Source: an uncultured Actinomycetes bacterium
GTDB lineage: Bacteria; Actinomycetota; Actinomycetes; S36-B12; CAIYMF01
Reading direction: 5' to 3'
Length of the DNA stretch: 64,000 nt
Assembly (NCBI GenBank): GCA_963714995.1
Contig: CAVQQP010000003.1
Coordinates: forward strand, 3,425-67,424
A program made the position numbers and the translations under genes. Below are positions 61,902-64,000 of the stretch, piece after piece. The notes beneath the pieces were generated by a model. It worked only from the letters and a program-made list of their open reading frames with translations. It made no database searches and had not been told where the DNA came from. Position 1 is the stretch's first letter. Each line of letters begins with the position of its first letter.

Positions 61902-62000
61902 GCGGGGCGGGGCGGGCGGAGCGGGGCGGAGCGGGGCGGCGGCGGAGCGGGGCGGAGCGGGGCGGCGGCGGGCTGCGGCGGGGGCGGTGCGGCGGGGGGC
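61902..62000. repeat. G-rich tandem tract (GGAGCGGGGCGGAGCGGGGCGGCGGC x2 plus GGGGCGG variants)
   Basis: Read directly. It abuts the stop (62001) of the oxidoreductase gene. Confidence 0.8.
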
Positions 62001-64000
62001 TCACCGCGTGGCGGACTCCAGGAGGAACAGGAAGCTGGCGTAGTCGTGGCCTATCGCTCTGGTCATGCCCAGTTCGCAGGTGCGGTTGGAGCACAGGTAG
62101 GCGTCGAACTGCTGGCCCTCGAGTTCGGCGGCCTGTTCGGCGCCGGCGCCGTCGGCCAGCTCCGGGTGCAGCATGCCGCGGTCGCCGGCGAAGCCGCAGC
62201 AGGTTCCGTAGACGGGGACCGTGACCTCATCGGCCAGCGCGCCGGCGACGTCGGCGAGCGCCCCGCCGAGGCCCAGGTGCGTCCCCGCGCACGTGGCGTG
62301 GATGACCGCCGAGCCGACCTTCTGCCGGACCTCGAGCCGGGGGAGCAGCTCCTCGCGAGCCCACTGGATGGAGTCGAGGATCCGCAGCGCCCGGTGCTGC
62401 TCGACGGCGGCGCCCTCGAGGTAGGGCTCCACCTCGTGCACGAGGCCGAACGTGCACGAGGTCGCATCGACGACGACGGGCAGCCGGCCGCCGTCGGTCC
62501 AGCGCCACAGGTGCTCCACGACCGCGTTGGCCATGTACCGGTTCCCGCGGTCATAGCCCTTGGAGTGCCACACGGTCCCGCAGCACAGTCCGGCGACGTC
62601 CTCCGGGATCCACACCGGAACCCCCGCCCGATCGGCGAGGGCCACCACGACCTCCGGCAGGCTCGGCCGCTCGGGCAGGGACTGCGGGTTGCCGAAGATC
62701 CGGTTGATGCAGGCCGGGAAGTACACCGCGGCCGCACCCGCGCGCGGGGTCGCCGGGAGCGTCCTCGGCGCCGAATCGGGGATCTCCGGGAGCCATCGGG
62801 GGATCAGGTCACTGCTCACGACCGTCCGACCGGCGTCGGTGACCCCGCCGATGAGGCCGTCACCGGTCACCGAGCCGACCCCGTGGGCCGTGCGCAGCGC
62901 GATCCGGCCCGCGCGCTGCATCAGCCGGTACCGCTTGGCCACGGTCAGCGCGACTGCCCTGGGCGGGACCGGGGTGGGCCTTCACCCGGAACGCCTTCAT
63001 CAGGTCACCGGTGTTGATGTCCACCGGGCAGGCAAGGGCGCATGTCCCGTCGCCGGCGCAGGTCTGCACGGCGTCGTAGGCGTAGGCGCCAGCCAGCTCC
63101 TCTGCCACGGGTGACCCCTCCGGCTGGCGCACCATCTCCCGGCGCAGGGCGATGCGCTGCCGGGGCGTGGTGGTGACCCGACGGCTCGGGCAGACGCTCT
63201 CGCAGAAGCCGCACTCGATGCAGCGGTCGGCGATCGCCTCGATGGTCGGGGCGGTCTTCAGGTGCTGGAGGTGGGCCTGCGGGTCGTCGGTGAGCACCAC
63301 GCCCGGGGACAGGACCCCGTGCGGGTCGATCAGCGCCTTGACCGCGCGCATGTGCCCGGCGATCGTCGCGCCCCACTCGGTCTCGACGAACGGTGCGATG
63401 TTGCGCCCCGTGCCGTGCTCGGCCTTGAGCGACCCGTCGAACCGCTGCGTCACCACGGCCACGACGTCGCGCAGGAAGGCGTCGAAGCGCTCCACATCCG
63501 CGGCATCGCGCAGCCACGGCGTCACCAGGAAGTGCAGGTTGCCGGCCGAGGCGTGCCCGAAGATGACTGCCTCGTACCGGTGCCGGGCGAACAGCTCCTG
63601 CAGCGCCAGGGCGCCCTCGGCCAGTCGCTCCGGCGGGAAGCAGACGTCCTCGAGGATGAACGACGTCCCCGACGGCCGCGCCCCGCCGACGCTGGCGAGC
63701 AGGCCGTTGCGGATCACCCAGTACTGGGCCGCCAACTCGTCGTCGCGGGTGAAGGTGGTCGGCTCGAGGAGCTCCACGCCGCCGAGCAGGGCCATCGCCG
63801 CGGCCTCGGACGCCGCGGACTGCTCGGCGCTCTCGTCGCGGAACTCCACGAGCAGGCCGGTCGCGGCAGCGGGCAGGTCGTCCCAGCGCGCGGGCACCCC
63901 CGGCCGACCGCGGACCGCCGCGATCGAGGCGCGGTCCATCAGCTCCACGGCAGCCGCCCCTGCGGCCACGAACGGCGCGACCGCCGAGCACGCGGACTCC
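62001..64000 (-). pseudogene. FAD-linked oxidase / 4Fe-4S / CCG-domain oxidoreductase (GlcD-GlcF-fusion, D-lactate dehydrogenase-like), 5' end outside the window, 1 frameshift
   Basis: 'GSLKAEHGTGRN', 'CIECGFCESVCP', 'CAGDGTCALACP' | 'CCGTVWHSKG', 'TCCGFAGDRG'. Break near 62975 (run gcccacccc). Confidence 0.75.

Overview
Very GC-rich, GC3-biased DNA typical of a high-GC actinobacterium: mycothiol-synthase-like GNAT, a DUF222 HNH protein, an ettA/ssb-paralog neighbourhood and long antisense 'shadow' ORFs. No rRNA, tRNA, CRISPR array, transposase or integrase was recognised. From 1 to 23 kb there is a mix of small metabolic and accessory genes: hydrolases, a NapH-like 4Fe-4S membrane protein, LOG, a receiver-only response regulator, a Hip1-like secreted hydrolase, rifampin ADP-ribosyltransferase Arr, NDH-2. 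From 23 to 35 kb lie a SulP permease, a sucrose-type locus (LacI regulator, PTS EIIBC, ROK fructokinase, GH32 hydrolase) and a GH13 amylase, all broken by many frameshifts. The main feature is a self-contained PfaA-like 'secondary lipid' cluster at 35.3-57.4 kb. It holds an Sfp-type PPTase, a roughly 4.9 kb eukaryote-like carboxylase homolog (degenerate truncated biotin carboxylase, intact BCCP and carboxyltransferase) and a roughly 9.2 kb megasynthase ordered KS-AT-KS-(carrier)x5-KR-DH. It also holds an acyl-CoA dehydrogenase, a PfaD/NMO-like enoyl reductase, a membrane alpha/beta hydrolase, a DUF2505/SRPBCC protein and a MaoC dehydratase. All five tandem carrier domains read D-T rather than D-S at the phosphopantetheine attachment site, and three of them are 250-nt identical copies. 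At least 30 reading-frame breaks of an indel-only kind are concentrated in about half of the window. I cannot tell from sequence alone whether this is real decay or consensus error. The 3' end carries a tandem RNase III-domain gene, an ssb paralog, ettA, a repeat-bracketed DUF559 gene and a partial FAD/Fe-S oxidoreductase. All coordinates of frameshifts and domains are hand-derived approximations.
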